From assembly GCA_963727895.1 (NCBI GenBank), contig CAVSHT010000005.1, positions 432,601-496,600 of the forward strand: a DNA stretch of 64,000 bases, given 5' to 3'. The stretch comes from an uncultured Methanosarcinaceae archaeon (lineage in GTDB: Archaea > Halobacteriota > Methanosarcinia > Methanosarcinales > Methanosarcinaceae). Of the stretch, positions 53,932 to 64,000 are shown piece by piece. Below the pieces are notes generated by a model. It made no database searches and was not told the origin of the DNA. It saw only the letters and a list, made by a program, of their open reading frames with translations. A program made the position numbers and the translations under genes. How positions within the stretch are numbered: position 1 is the stretch's first letter; every line of letters starts with the position of its first letter.

Positions 53932-54441
53932 ATGAACATAACATTAATTGGCATGGCAGGAGCAGGAAAAAGTACTATCGGAAAAGCACTTGCAAAGCGC
54001 CTTGGATATACTTTTATTGATGTAGATCGCTTGATCACGGGAAATACTGGAATGCTCCTACAGACCCTTATTGATAAACAGGGGGATTTGGCTCTTATAA
54101 GGTTTGAAGAAGAAGCTGTTCTCAGCCTCAGACAAGCGAATACATGCGTGATTTCCCCTGGTGGAAGTGTAGTTTATTCCAAAAAAGCCATGATGCATTT
54201 ACAAAAAATTTCAAAAATTGTATTTCTGGATGCTCCTTTCAAAAGCATTGTAAAAAGACTTCCAAATGCACAAAATAGAGGCATAGTAGGATTCAGGAAT
54301 CGGAGTTTGAAAGAGCTTTTTGACGAAAGAATAAGCCTTTATCAAAAATATGCCAACTTTTCAATAAAACTTAATGGAAAAGAACCTATTCAGGAAGTAG
54401 TTGAAAAAATTATTGAACTTTGTTATCAAGAAAATGCCTGA
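53932..54441 (+). CDS. aroK: Shikimate kinase (AroK type)
   Basis: LIGMAGAGKSTIGKALAKRLG, DVD, SPGGSVV, ERISLY. Confidence 0.85.
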   Translation: MNITLIGMAGAGKSTIGKALAKRLGYTFIDVDRLITGNTGMLLQTLIDKQGDLALIRFEEEAVLSLRQANTCVISPGGSVVYSKKAMMHLQKISKIVFLDAPFKSIVKRLPNAQNRGIVGFRNRSLKELFDERISLYQKYANFSIKLNGKEPIQEVVEKIIELCYQENA

Positions 54442-54620
54442 GATTTTAAATATACCTGAGATTTTAATATATCTTATATTTTAAATTAAATTTGTTTACT
54501 TAAGGCTGTCAACATGTTATAACAAACTTTTCTTTTATTGGTTTGATCTTTTTTATTTCTCTTGAAGTACATTTTCTTTTAGACGCTTAGTTTCTCTTAA
54601 GTAATATTCCTTTAATAAAT

Positions 54621-54666
54621 GACCAGTTTCAAGACCAGTTTCAAGACCAGTTTCAAGACCAGTTTT
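54621..54666 (+). repeat. 12-bp tandem repeat GACCAGTTTCAA, about 4 copies
   Basis: Direct inspection. Confidence 0.85.
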
Positions 54667-54882
54667 TAAGAACAATTTACCTATGAATAAATGACTTTAA
54701 GAACGGTTTACTAAACATAGTTTCCCTTGAATTAGTTTCATATGCATATTCCTGTTATAATTTTACTCTACCGTAGTTTAATTTATTATCTATTAGGTAT
54801 TCAATTGAGCAAAAATCTTTCAATATATAATGTTTAAGCATCGGCCTGCAGTAAAAAAGGTCCGAGCAGCAGGAGACATAAT

Positions 54883-55161
54883 ATGGCATCAAGTCGTTTC
54901 ATCATTACGGTTATAGGCAGCGACCGGGTAGGAATTGTTGCCAGGATCACTACTGTGATGGCAAATTTCAATGTAAATATTGTTGATATCACTCAGACTA
55001 TCATGCAGGATATCTTTACCATGATTATGCTTGCAGAAGCTCCACAGGAGAATTTTGACCTTTCAGCTTTTCAGAAGGCTATGGGTGCCGAAGGGAAAAG
55101 CCTCGGAGTCGAGGTCAAGGTACAGCATGAAGATGCATTCCGGTTTATGCACAGGATATGA
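54883..55161 (+). CDS. ACT-domain protein (UPF0237)
   Basis: ITVIGSDRVGIVA, NIVDITQT, QHEDAFRFMHRI. Confidence 0.92.
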   Translation: MASSRFIITVIGSDRVGIVARITTVMANFNVNIVDITQTIMQDIFTMIMLAEAPQENFDLSAFQKAMGAEGKSLGVEVKVQHEDAFRFMHRI

Positions 55162-55212
55162 TCCAGAAATGATCCGGAAAATAAATCTACCTGAAATGAG
55201 AGGTAATTTTTC

Positions 55213-56574
55213 ATGCATATAAACCCGAACGAAATCCTGGAAACAATCAAGATGGTCAGGATGGAACATCTCGACATAAGAACCGTAACTATGGGTCTCA
55301 GCCTGAGGGATTGCAGCCATCCTGATATTGAGGTTTTCAATGAGAATATTTATGAAAAGATCACCACTCGTGCAAAAGAGCTTGTGAGTACAACAAACGA
55401 AATTCAGAACCTCTATGGAATTCCAATAATCAATAAGCGGATTTCAGTAACTCCAATAGCGGTAGCAGCCGAAAGTTGTAAATCTCCTGATTTTGTTTCA
55501 ATTGCAAAAACGATGGATGAAGCTGCAAAAGATACCGGAGTTGATTTTATAGGAGGCTTCAGTGCACTTGTCCACAAAGGTGCAACTGTTGGAGATCTGA
55601 AACTTATAAATTCTATCCCTGAAGCCCTTAAATGTACGGAAAAGATCTGTTCATCAGTGAACGTCGCCACCACAAAAGCCGGAATTAATATGAATGCAGT
55701 TGACATGATGGGCGGCATCATAAAAAAGACTGCAGATTTGACTGCGAATAGGGATGGAATAGGCTGCGCCAAACTTGTGGTCTTTGCAAACGCCCCTGAA
55801 GATAATCCTTTTATGGCAGGAGCTTTTCATGGGATAGGTGAGCCAGAATGTGTTATCAATGTTGGTGTCAGCGGTCCAGGAGTCGTGAACGCTGCAATCC
55901 GCGAGCTTGAAAATCCTAATCTTACGGATATTTCGGAAACTATCAAAAAAACGGCCTTTAAAATAACTCGTATGGGCGAAATGGTGGGTAGGGAAGTTTC
56001 CTATAGGCTTGGAGTTGAATTTGGGATTCTTGACCTTTCTCTTGCTCCGACGCCTGAAATAGGAGACAGCGTTGCTGCAATTTTAGAGGCAATGGGGCTT
56101 GAGCGTTGTGGGGCTCATGGAACAACTGCAGCCCTTGCTCTTCTGAACGATGCTGTAAAAAAAGGTGGATCAATGGCTTCCTCCTCAGTAGGCGGTTTGA
56201 GTGGAGCTTTTATACCTGTCAGTGAAGACGCAGGCATGATTGAAGCTGTTAGAGCCGGGGCCCTTAGCCTAGAAAAGCTTGAAGCTATGACCAGCGTTTG
56301 CTCTGTAGGTCTTGATATGATTGCAGTTCCTGGTGATACTCCTGCTTCCACTCTTTCGGCGATAATCGCTGACGAGATAGCCATAGGAGTTATAAATAAA
56401 AAAACTACGGCAGTAAGAGTTATTCCTGCCCCTGGAAAAGGGGTTGGAGATTCCGTAGAATTCGGCGGTCTGCTTGGAAATGCCCCTATTATGCCGGTAA
56501 GCAATTTCAGTTCCGAAGTATTCATAAAAAGGGGAGGGAGAATTCCGGCTCCTATTCAGTCACTTACAAACTGA
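55213..56574 (+). CDS. DUF711/UPF0210 (PFL-like fold) protein
   Basis: [48 protein letters not shown]. Confidence 0.93.
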   Translation: MHINPNEILETIKMVRMEHLDIRTVTMGLSLRDCSHPDIEVFNENIYEKITTRAKELVSTTNEIQNLYGIPIINKRISVTPIAVAAESCKSPDFVSIAKTMDEAAKDTGVDFIGGFSALVHKGATVGDLKLINSIPEALKCTEKICSSVNVATTKAGINMNAVDMMGGIIKKTADLTANRDGIGCAKLVVFANAPEDNPFMAGAFHGIGEPECVINVGVSGPGVVNAAIRELENPNLTDISETIKKTAFKITRMGEMVGREVSYRLGVEFGILDLSLAPTPEIGDSVAAILEAMGLERCGAHGTTAALALLNDAVKKGGSMASSSVGGLSGAFIPVSEDAGMIEAVRAGALSLEKLEAMTSVCSVGLDMIAVPGDTPASTLSAIIADEIAIGVINKKTTAVRVIPAPGKGVGDSVEFGGLLGNAPIMPVSNFSSEVFIKRGGRIPAPIQSLTN

Positions 56575-56947
56575 AGTAGCAAACTGAAGTATTATTCCAA
56601 AAAATAATTTTCTTGTATATTATAGTTATCAAGAATATCGATACCTTTTCGAAGATTATTGATGGGCCGGTGAATCCGGCAACTTATTTTTTGTAACTTA
56701 TTTTTTGTTTTTCAGAAAGATTCAACCTGTTCTCAGATGTTTTTATGGAGTTACAGGGTTTGTGATAAAATAAGCTCTTATGGGATAAAGTTGCCAATAA
56801 TTATCCAGCGTATAATTTTTTATTCGGCAAAAATATTTGTTTGGAACCAATTTTTGATATAATTAATTTAAAATAATTTCGGCTACTCGTATATTTTGGA
56901 GTAAGGAACAAATTGGAGTCTATTGAATAAAAGAATTTCCTGAAGGT

Positions 56948-57036
56948 CGCTGATCCCGCTATTCAAATAAACATGCTTGGGGGAGCATGATATTTTGGAA
57001 ACACTGTATTGGGGGATGCAGTAAACGGGTTCAGCG
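56948..57036 (+). ncRNA. Candidate sRNA with twin UGGGGG-loop hairpins
   Basis: Outer stem CGCTGATCCCG/CGGGTTCAGCG enclosing CATGCT-TGGGGG-AGCATG and ACTGTAT-TGGGGG-ATGCAGT. Confidence 0.6.
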
Positions 57037-57096
57037 CCTCTGAACTTCTTTGCACTGCATTATTCTTTATTTTTGGTTTTGTAGAAATACTCTCTA

Positions 57097-57356
57097 AATC
57101 AGCGTCAAAAAGCTGAAATTTTTGTTATTTTGATTTGTTCCAGAGTTTTGTTATTTTGAATTGGTCCAGAGTGTTCTCATCGTTTCCCTTATTGCTTCTA
57201 TCTTTTTTAAATTAGCTTCATCATTTAATCAGCGTCAAAAAGCTGAAATTTTTGTTATTTTGATTTGTTCCAGAGTTTTGTTATTTTGAATTGGTCCAGA
57301 GTGTTCTCATCGTTTCCCTTATTGCTTCTATCTTTTTTAAATTAGCTTCATCATTT
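57097..57356 (+). repeat. 130-bp tandem duplication of a gene 3' end
   Basis: 57097-57226 equals 57227-57356. Confidence 0.9.
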
Positions 57357-58283
57357 ATTAGGTCAAGTTCATTAAAGGATTCAAGGGCTACCTTAGCTGC
57401 AATTGATGCGTCGTTTAGATACCTATTTCCTGCGTTGCTCACAATTGTCTGGAGTGTTGAAGCTGCCTGAATAACCGCATTTTCCATATTTTCTTCCTCA
57501 GCATTTTTCCCAATTTCTTCAATTGAGTTTGTGATATTTGATACAATATCCTGAAGGTTTTCCTGCATGGCTACAGCAGCCATTTCCTGGAGCATAATCT
57601 CTACTCCCACTGCAGCCTCTTCGAGTTTCTTCTGAGCCAGAAGTTTTCCAACGTCTCCCAGACACGAGATACATACTGCAGTATTTTCTTAAATATCTGG
57701 AAATTTCATCCTAGTAACCGCTTTTCCAATTTCTCCTAGTCCTACTACAACTGCCATAGCTTCTCGTTCCTTACTCAAAAGGGCTGCCGTATTGCCACTT
57801 TTACCAAGAACTGAAGCTGCGAATTTGGCTACTAGTTTCATTTGCTGTTCAGCAGCCGTCTTTCCGATAGTTCCAAAGGAAATTAATATCCTTACAGTTG
57901 TATCCTGCATGTTTTGATCCCCAGAATACTGCAACAGCTTTTCAAGAGCACTAATAGCGCTGATTGTAGCATTCTCCATTCTCTGAATAGCAGCAGCCTC
58001 TCCGATTTCGAGACTTTTTATTATTTTCTGGTCTTGTATTGATTGCATCCAATTGCTAGTGAAATTAATGGTAAATTTTGGAAATCCCAGAATATATTAA
58101 AAAGTCTCCCGATTTCCTTTATAGAAACCACCGTTTTTTAGCCTCTAGCTCTTTTTTCTCTTTTATATAGTCCCTGCCAATTTAGGTCAGGGAATCAAGG
58201 GCCTTGCTTACTCCTTCATCAAATCCCTTACTAATAGAATTAAAACCCAAATTTACTATATTATCTTCTTGTTTTGAAAACAT
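57281..58283 (-). pseudogene. Alpha-helical (HEAT-like) repeat protein, fragmented
   Basis: Fragments 57689-58048 and 57281-57610 with LGEIGKAA-type repeats; several frameshifts. Confidence 0.65.
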
Positions 58284-58734
58284 GGCACAAGACTCCTTTT
58301 CAACGGCGACTTCTCTTTATCACAAAAACTCTTGAAAAAGCTTCAATACATCTTTTTTCAAAAATTCTTCAATTTTTTACCAATCCATATTTTTCTTATT
58401 TGTCTTACTAATTTTCCATATGTTCTTAATTTATGTTTTTCTTGATTCAAATATTTTCAGATAACTGGTGAGCTTTCAGACGGATTAATAAGTCATTAAA
58501 CCGATAAATTCGTTTAATTGATTTGATAAATCTCTAGATTTAGCTGACTTTAGCTGACAGTCTCTTTAACATAAATTTAATTTAATTAAATTATTAAATT
58601 GAATTATTAAGTTAATTAGATTCAATCGAAAAATTCCCAAGAAGAGGATGTTATTTTCTCTTTAAAATATCCATCAGTTAGTGTACTAGTGTACTGATGG
58701 ATATTCAAGAGGCAGGTAGAAGGCGATTTATCTG

Positions 58735-59445
58735 ATGCAGATACGAAAAAGTCAGTCTCAAAAATCTCGTTGCCAGATAGAAAAGGGATCATTCAGGTGT
58801 GAGTTTATAAGCTTTAATGAGGTCTTACATCTTTCCAGAACTCTTGCCCGAAAAATCAAAGCTTCTGGTTATACTCCTGACCTGATTATTGCCATAGGAA
58901 GAGGAGGCTATGTGCCTGGAAGGTTAGTTTCTGATTTTTTGTTCTTCAATGACTTGACTTCAATGAAGATTGAGCATTACAAAAGAGCTGCAGACATGCG
59001 AGAAGAGACAAGGTTGAAGTTCCCTATTCCTGTTGACATCACAGGAAAAAGGGTTTTGATTGTCGACGACGTGACTGATACTGGTGAAACGCTTAAGCTT
59101 GCAGTGGATTACACCCTGAGCCTTAATCCGTCAAGTGTTAGGACTGCAGTACTTCAGCACAAGATCTGCTCGGCTTTTACACCTGATTTTTATGCCCGAA
59201 AAGTTCTCATATGGCGCTGGATTATTTACCCATGGGCCAGGTATGAAGATTTAGCGGGGTTTACAGAAAAAATTCTCATGAACAGGTTCCTTGATATTTC
59301 TCAGATTTTATTTGAGTTTGAGCACAGGTATTATCTAAATCCCAGAGAAACCGAAATACTGGAAATTCTGGAAGATCTGACTGAAAGATGTGAGCTTGAA
59401 AGCATAGAAAAGGATAATAGAAAATTATGGGGTATTAAACAATAA
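58735..59445 (+). CDS. Type I phosphoribosyltransferase
   Basis: IAIGRGGYVP, VLIVDDVTDTGET PRPP loop, WIIYPW. Confidence 0.92.
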   Translation: MQIRKSQSQKSRCQIEKGSFRCEFISFNEVLHLSRTLARKIKASGYTPDLIIAIGRGGYVPGRLVSDFLFFNDLTSMKIEHYKRAADMREETRLKFPIPVDITGKRVLIVDDVTDTGETLKLAVDYTLSLNPSSVRTAVLQHKICSAFTPDFYARKVLIWRWIIYPWARYEDLAGFTEKILMNRFLDISQILFEFEHRYYLNPRETEILEILEDLTERCELESIEKDNRKLWGIKQ

Positions 59446-59645
59446 ACACTTATCAGAAAACGAATTTTAATCAAAAAGACTCTAATCAAAAAGATAATTC
59501 AGATAAGTCTAATGATAACTGAAATTCATTGATTATTTGGAATTACGGATTTAGAAAAGTAGGTTTATATTATGGGATTAAATTAACATAAAAATATCGG
59601 TTGTAAAAATAAGAAACAGTAAGTAAATTTTTAATTTTTTTAAAT

Positions 59646-60071
59646 TTATTTGATAACAACATTCTTATGAACCCACAATTTATTAACACTACCACTACAT
59701 TTGATAGTCATACAACTAATATAATAACCAGTCTTTGAATACTTGTGTACTGGATTTTTTAGTGATGAAGTAATTTTTGTTCCTTCGAGATGAGTTCCGT
59801 CTCCAAAGTCCCATCTGATATACGTCTCTGTACCTTTTGATATATCCTTAAATTGTACTATTCGTGGGTCTTTTGAAACGGCTACTGCTGTATAATCAAT
59901 ACAATTTTTCCCGCAGGATATACAAGCTGTCGCTGGAGGAGTTCCTGCACCAAGAGGAGTCATGCATACAGAACATGTTGCAGAGGCTCCTGCAGACAAT
60001 AAAATCAACATCATTAATATAGTGAACATAAATAATGTTGTTTTCCATATAAACTTGCTATTATTTTTCAT
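59646..60071 (-). CDS. Small secreted Cys-rich PKD-domain protein
   Basis: Signal peptide, CSVC/CISC, WDFGDG..NPVHKY. Confidence 0.8.
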   Translation of the reverse strand: MKNNSKFIWKTTLFMFTILMMLILLSAGASATCSVCMTPLGAGTPPATACISCGKNCIDYTAVAVSKDPRIVQFKDISKGTETYIRWDFGDGTHLEGTKITSSLKNPVHKYSKTGYYISCMTIKCSGSVNKLWVHKNVVIK

Positions 60072-60465
60072 CCTTTCATCCTGTTATTTTTTATTTTTAT
60101 TTGGGAACACCCGTAATAAAAAATCACAGGAGAACTTATCATATAAGCATACTTATTTTCAGGAAATTAAATAAAAAACGCGATGCGAATTTAAAGCTTG
60201 ATAAAACTTTGTCTTCTTTTCTAAAAGATGATAACACTATGTATTTATCTAATACTGTCCCCAATTGTTTCAAGTTTAAAACTAAGAATTATATCAAGGT
60301 TATAGTACAATAGATCCTAAAAAAGTTCTTTATTTCCAGCAATAATCGACGAAAACGCCACAATTTGCAAGAAATCCGCCTATTTCAAATATAGCATTAT
60401 GACCTATTACAAAGTACTATTGTCTCTTGAAATGGTTCCGCAGATTCAAAACCAGTTGAAATTTC

Positions 60466-61204
60466 GGCTTTGATAATTAACTATAGTTATTTATTATGAG
60501 AACCTCTATTTCTTCATGAACTGCCCCAGATGCAATAGTTCTAATTACAAAAAGAATGGTATAGTTGGTGGTCGTCAACGCTACAAATGCTATGATTGTG
60601 GATATAACTATACAGTAGAGTTAAAATCAACTGCTTTTTCCACTTATGTCAAAAACAGGCTTTACAACTCTATCTTGAAGGATTGGGCTTTCGCTCAATA
60701 GGGCGGTTTTTAGGGGTGAGTCATGTTTCTGTCCAAAAATGGATCAAGAAATTTGGTAAGGAGTTGGAGGCTCTAAAAAGCGAAAATGAGATATCTATTG
60801 TTGAAATGGATGAGATGCACACTTACATCGGTAACAAAAAAAATATTTCTGGATCTGGATTGCTGTTGATAGAGTTGGGAAAAAGTTCATCAACTGCTCT
60901 TTTGGTAGCAGAAGAACAGAAACTGGAAAACTACTCTGGGAAAAATTGAAGAAAAAAGAGATTGGAGAAGTAATGACAGATCACTGGAGGGCATATGCAG
61001 AGTTTCTTCCTGAAACGATTCATACTCAATCAAAAGCAGAAACATTTACAGTTGAGGGATATAACAGCATATTGAGGCATTTTCTGGCAAGATTAAGAAG
61101 AAAGACAAAGTGTTATACGAAGAGTATTGAAATGCTAAAGTACTCGGTTATTCTATTGATGAAATACAGAAATAAAGAACTAGATATATTTAGTTAACAA
61201 TGCC
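60466..61204 (+). mobile_element. IS1-family element with 8-bp TSD, insA frameshifted
   Basis: GGCTTTG...CAATGCC; TSD GAAATTTC on both sides. Confidence 0.93.
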
Positions 61205-61324
61205 GAAATTTCAATTCATGATAATTTTAAAACAAAACATTAATTAATCAATTTTTTTTGTTTAAAAATAAGTATGTTCATATTATGAGATAAATATTTA
61301 CAAAATGTTCACAGATTTCCCAAC

Positions 61325-61953
61325 ATGAATTTTGGATTTTTAATTTTCTCTGGTCTCGAGGAGCTCGATCTTGTCGGACCCTGGGAAATAATATATCTCT
61401 GGAGCAAATTTGCCCAGGGACCGGAAAAATGTCTCATGGTTGCCGAAAACTCCAGACCTGTAATATGCAGCAAGGGAATGTCCATAAATCCTCATGTTAC
61501 CTTTGCAGATTGCCCCCCACTTGATTTTCTCCTTGTGCCGGGCGGCGAAGGCACACAGAGAGAGGTGGATAACCCAGCCCTGATTCAATTCGTTGCCGAA
61601 CAGGCCAAACATTGTAAATCTGTGCTTTCTGTCTGCACCGGCACATTTATTCTTCACCGCGCAGGTCTACTATCGAACAGGCGGGCTACTACTCACTGAG
61701 CTTCTCTCCAGAAGCTGCGGAAATTGGTCGATCTTGAAGTGGTAGAGGAACGAATCGTAAGGGATAAAAATATCTGGACTTCGGCAGGCATTTCTGCTGG
61801 CATTGATATGGCGCTTGCATTTGTTGAATACATAACAGATGAAAAACGGCGGGCAAAATTCAGCTAGGTGCCGAGTACTATCCTTCCGGCAGGTCGTATG
61901 GCATGATGCACAATATTTCGCAGGCACCTGAGTATTTGAGGAAAAGGGACTGA
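61325..61953 (+). pseudogene. DJ-1/PfpI-family protein, nonsense (ATTH*) plus frameshift
   Basis: EELDLVGP, LVPGG, SVCTG; continues after TGA as TSAGISAGIDMAL. Confidence 0.85.
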
Positions 61954-62006
61954 AAAAAGAGACTGGAAATAGGGACTATGAAGCCCCTTTTAATTTTTTA
62001 AAAATT

Positions 62007-62825
62007 TTACTTCCATGTTACTTCAAGGGGTTTTCTGCGAGGGATTCCATACACTTTGTACTGCGGGTTGCCAAACATCATTGCATAGGCAGATTTTCGT
62101 CCGGCGGGAAGGTTGAGTTCCTTCTGGAGAGGTTCATAGGACATAGCGGCAGCTGCAACAAAGCCAGCCCAGCATGTCCCTATCCCAAACTCCGGGGCAG
62201 CGATATCAAAATGCGTGAGGGCGATAGTAGCGTCAATAGGCGCAATCTGGTTGTTATCGGGTATGTGAGCGAAAAGCAGATGAGGGGCACCCCGGCATAT
62301 GACATCGATTCCCTGCTCCCATGCAGAAATAAGCATCGGTACATAGCCGCTCATTGGATGGTCGGTGTTAATCAGGTTTTTCATCCATTCAATTGTGAGC
62401 TCGGCGATTTTCTTTACTTCTTCCGGATCATAAATTACCAGCCACTCTACCGGCTGACCATTGCCTCCTGACGCTGCATAACGAGCGATATCGAGGACTT
62501 CAAGGATTTTTTCCTTTGGCACTGGTTCTTTGGTAAAATGTCTTACAGACCTGCGTTTTTTGAGGTAGAAAGCCACATCCTCAGGAGAGATGCTGCCTGC
62601 ATCTGAAGGCAGGGTAATTTTTTCATCCGTAAGGAAGTTCAGGATAAGCGCCTGTGACGGGCAAAAAGCTTCACAATGCCCGCAGTATAAGCAGTGAGAA
62701 ACGTTTTCTTCCTGCACATGAGGGAGATTAGACTCATCATCCATAGCGATAATGCATGAAGAGCACATTTTTACACAAAGGCCGCATCCTGTGCAGCGAT
62801 CCTGATCAACGATAATGTGAACCAT
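62007..62825 (-). CDS. Nitroreductase with N-terminal 2x[4Fe-4S] ferredoxin domain
   Basis: CTGCGLC, CLYCGHCEAFCP, RRSVRHF, ASGGNGQP, GIGTCWAG. Confidence 0.92.
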   Translation of the reverse strand: MVHIIVDQDRCTGCGLCVKMCSSCIIAMDDESNLPHVQEENVSHCLYCGHCEAFCPSQALILNFLTDEKITLPSDAGSISPEDVAFYLKKRRSVRHFTKEPVPKEKILEVLDIARYAASGGNGQPVEWLVIYDPEEVKKIAELTIEWMKNLINTDHPMSGYVPMLISAWEQGIDVICRGAPHLLFAHIPDNNQIAPIDATIALTHFDIAAPEFGIGTCWAGFVAAAAMSYEPLQKELNLPAGRKSAYAMMFGNPQYKVYGIPRRKPLEVTWK

Positions 62826-63079
62826 CGTGTTAAATCCTATTAGCAAATCCTGTTAATGGCTGATATATTGATAAGCCAACATTTATTACTTTTCGTTATT
62901 TCTCTATCTGTAGAACTTTATTAATTCGATAACTATGGAATTTCATTCGTTTGATATCTATATAACTTCATTATTTCTATAATATAAATTATATAGGTTA
63001 TAAATAAACAACGGGGCTAATAAAGCAATAAACAATTTTAGGTAACTCGACTTTTTTATATAATGTATATCTTTTCTCT

Positions 63080-63226
63080 TCATCTAACATAATAAATATA
63101 AAAAAACAATATAAATAATAGGACAATTACGATGTAAACAACCGGTATCCCATATAATGTTACAGCATGGCTGTAAACTACTTTTACCCCCGCACTAGAG
63201 CCAACGATTGCAGTTTCATTTTCCAC
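63080..63226 (-). CDS. Possible 48-aa single-TM peptide or gene fragment
   Basis: GTG start; YGIPVVYIVIVLLFILFFYIYYVR hydrophobic end. Confidence 0.3.
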   Translation of the reverse strand: MENETAIVGSSAGVKVVYSHAVTLYGIPVVYIVIVLLFILFFYIYYVR

Positions 63227-63727
63227 CTTTTATTTAATGTTACAAAAAGTTAAATAGTTATTTACGTCATTTTGTGGAACTAAACCTCTCGAAAAGTATT
63301 GAATCCACGATGTCGTCGCATGATGAAAACTAACAGTTTATTTTAAAAAGTTCGTATATTACAGTACCCAACAAAATTAGATTTTTAGATTATTTGCTGC
63401 ATAACAGAGTTTACTTCTCCCATATAATTTTTGTACAAAATCTTCTTATTGCCATCAAGTTATAAATATAATTTTGATAAAAATGAGGATTCTACATAAG
63501 CTTAAAAAAAGAAACCTTAGAACTATTGAATTTTTAAAATATTAGGTAATGGGCGTGAGTTATTGAAAACCATAAGGATCTCTATATTTTACTCAAATAT
63601 CTAGATTACTTTTGGAATTGATCAATTACTCACGGGCACAACCAAAATAGTAACACAGGTCAACTATCTTATATTGGTAGTGATCTGTGTTATAGTAAAT
63701 TTTTATGAAATTTTAATATTTTTTATT

Positions 63728-64000
63728 TTAACATACATCAGATTCGTTTGTAGATTCGTTTGTAGATTCGTTTCCTGTGATTGCAAAGGAAGAATAGTTT
63801 GAAACATTACCTACAAAGTGCAACTTTTGACAGTCATTTCCAGTGAGATTTACAGGTAGCTGTTCCCATTCTTTTGATGTATTGTTATATTCATTCAGAA
63901 CAATAGATGACTGATTTATGTTGTTCTCCTGGATCCAGGAATTGTTAACACTAAAATTAATTGATGCATTTCTAATACATCCTATGTCACCATTTCCAAT
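63728..64000 (-). pseudogene. 3' end of a PGF-pre-PGF surface protein gene (runs off the window), frameshifted
   Basis: FSVNNSWIQENNINQSSIVL..WEQLPV..YSSFAITG; NEST x3 (12-bp repeat). Confidence 0.7.

Noticed and set aside
54621..54710. GACCAGTTTCAA repeats resembling a CRISPR repeat
   Set aside because: 12-bp head-to-tail units without spacers; no cas genes.

Overview
AT-rich archaeal DNA that looks like Methanosarcina (EchC, MdrA, PGF-pre-PGF/PKD surface proteins, UPF0228). The conserved core is the rpl15e-DUF54-rpp30-pop5-psmA-SBDS-rrp4-rrp41-rrp42-rpl37ae-rpoP exosome/proteasome cluster (34.5-42.7 kb), plus purS-purQ, aroK, ACT/DUF711 and three ABC systems. Around it lies heavily eroded accessory DNA: seven IS1-family copies (none intact), IS6 and IS701 remnants, several MITEs and many pseudogenes; some frameshifts may be sequencing errors. 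The main discovery is an archaeal IS110-family element inserted twice at exactly the same nucleotide inside two different IS1 copies. Its left non-coding end folds into a two-loop RNA, one loop matching the IS1 target (CCTAAAA/GATTTT) and the other the element's own donor junction (ATGCTAAA). This is a candidate bridge-RNA-guided recombinase that targets another transposon. Other leads: a twin-hairpin sRNA with identical UGGGGG loops, a nicotinamidase-like enzyme with its metal-binding segment moved to the C-terminus, a secreted Trp-heptad protein, att-like repeats tied to the tRNA-Leu anticodon loop, and an orphan echC.
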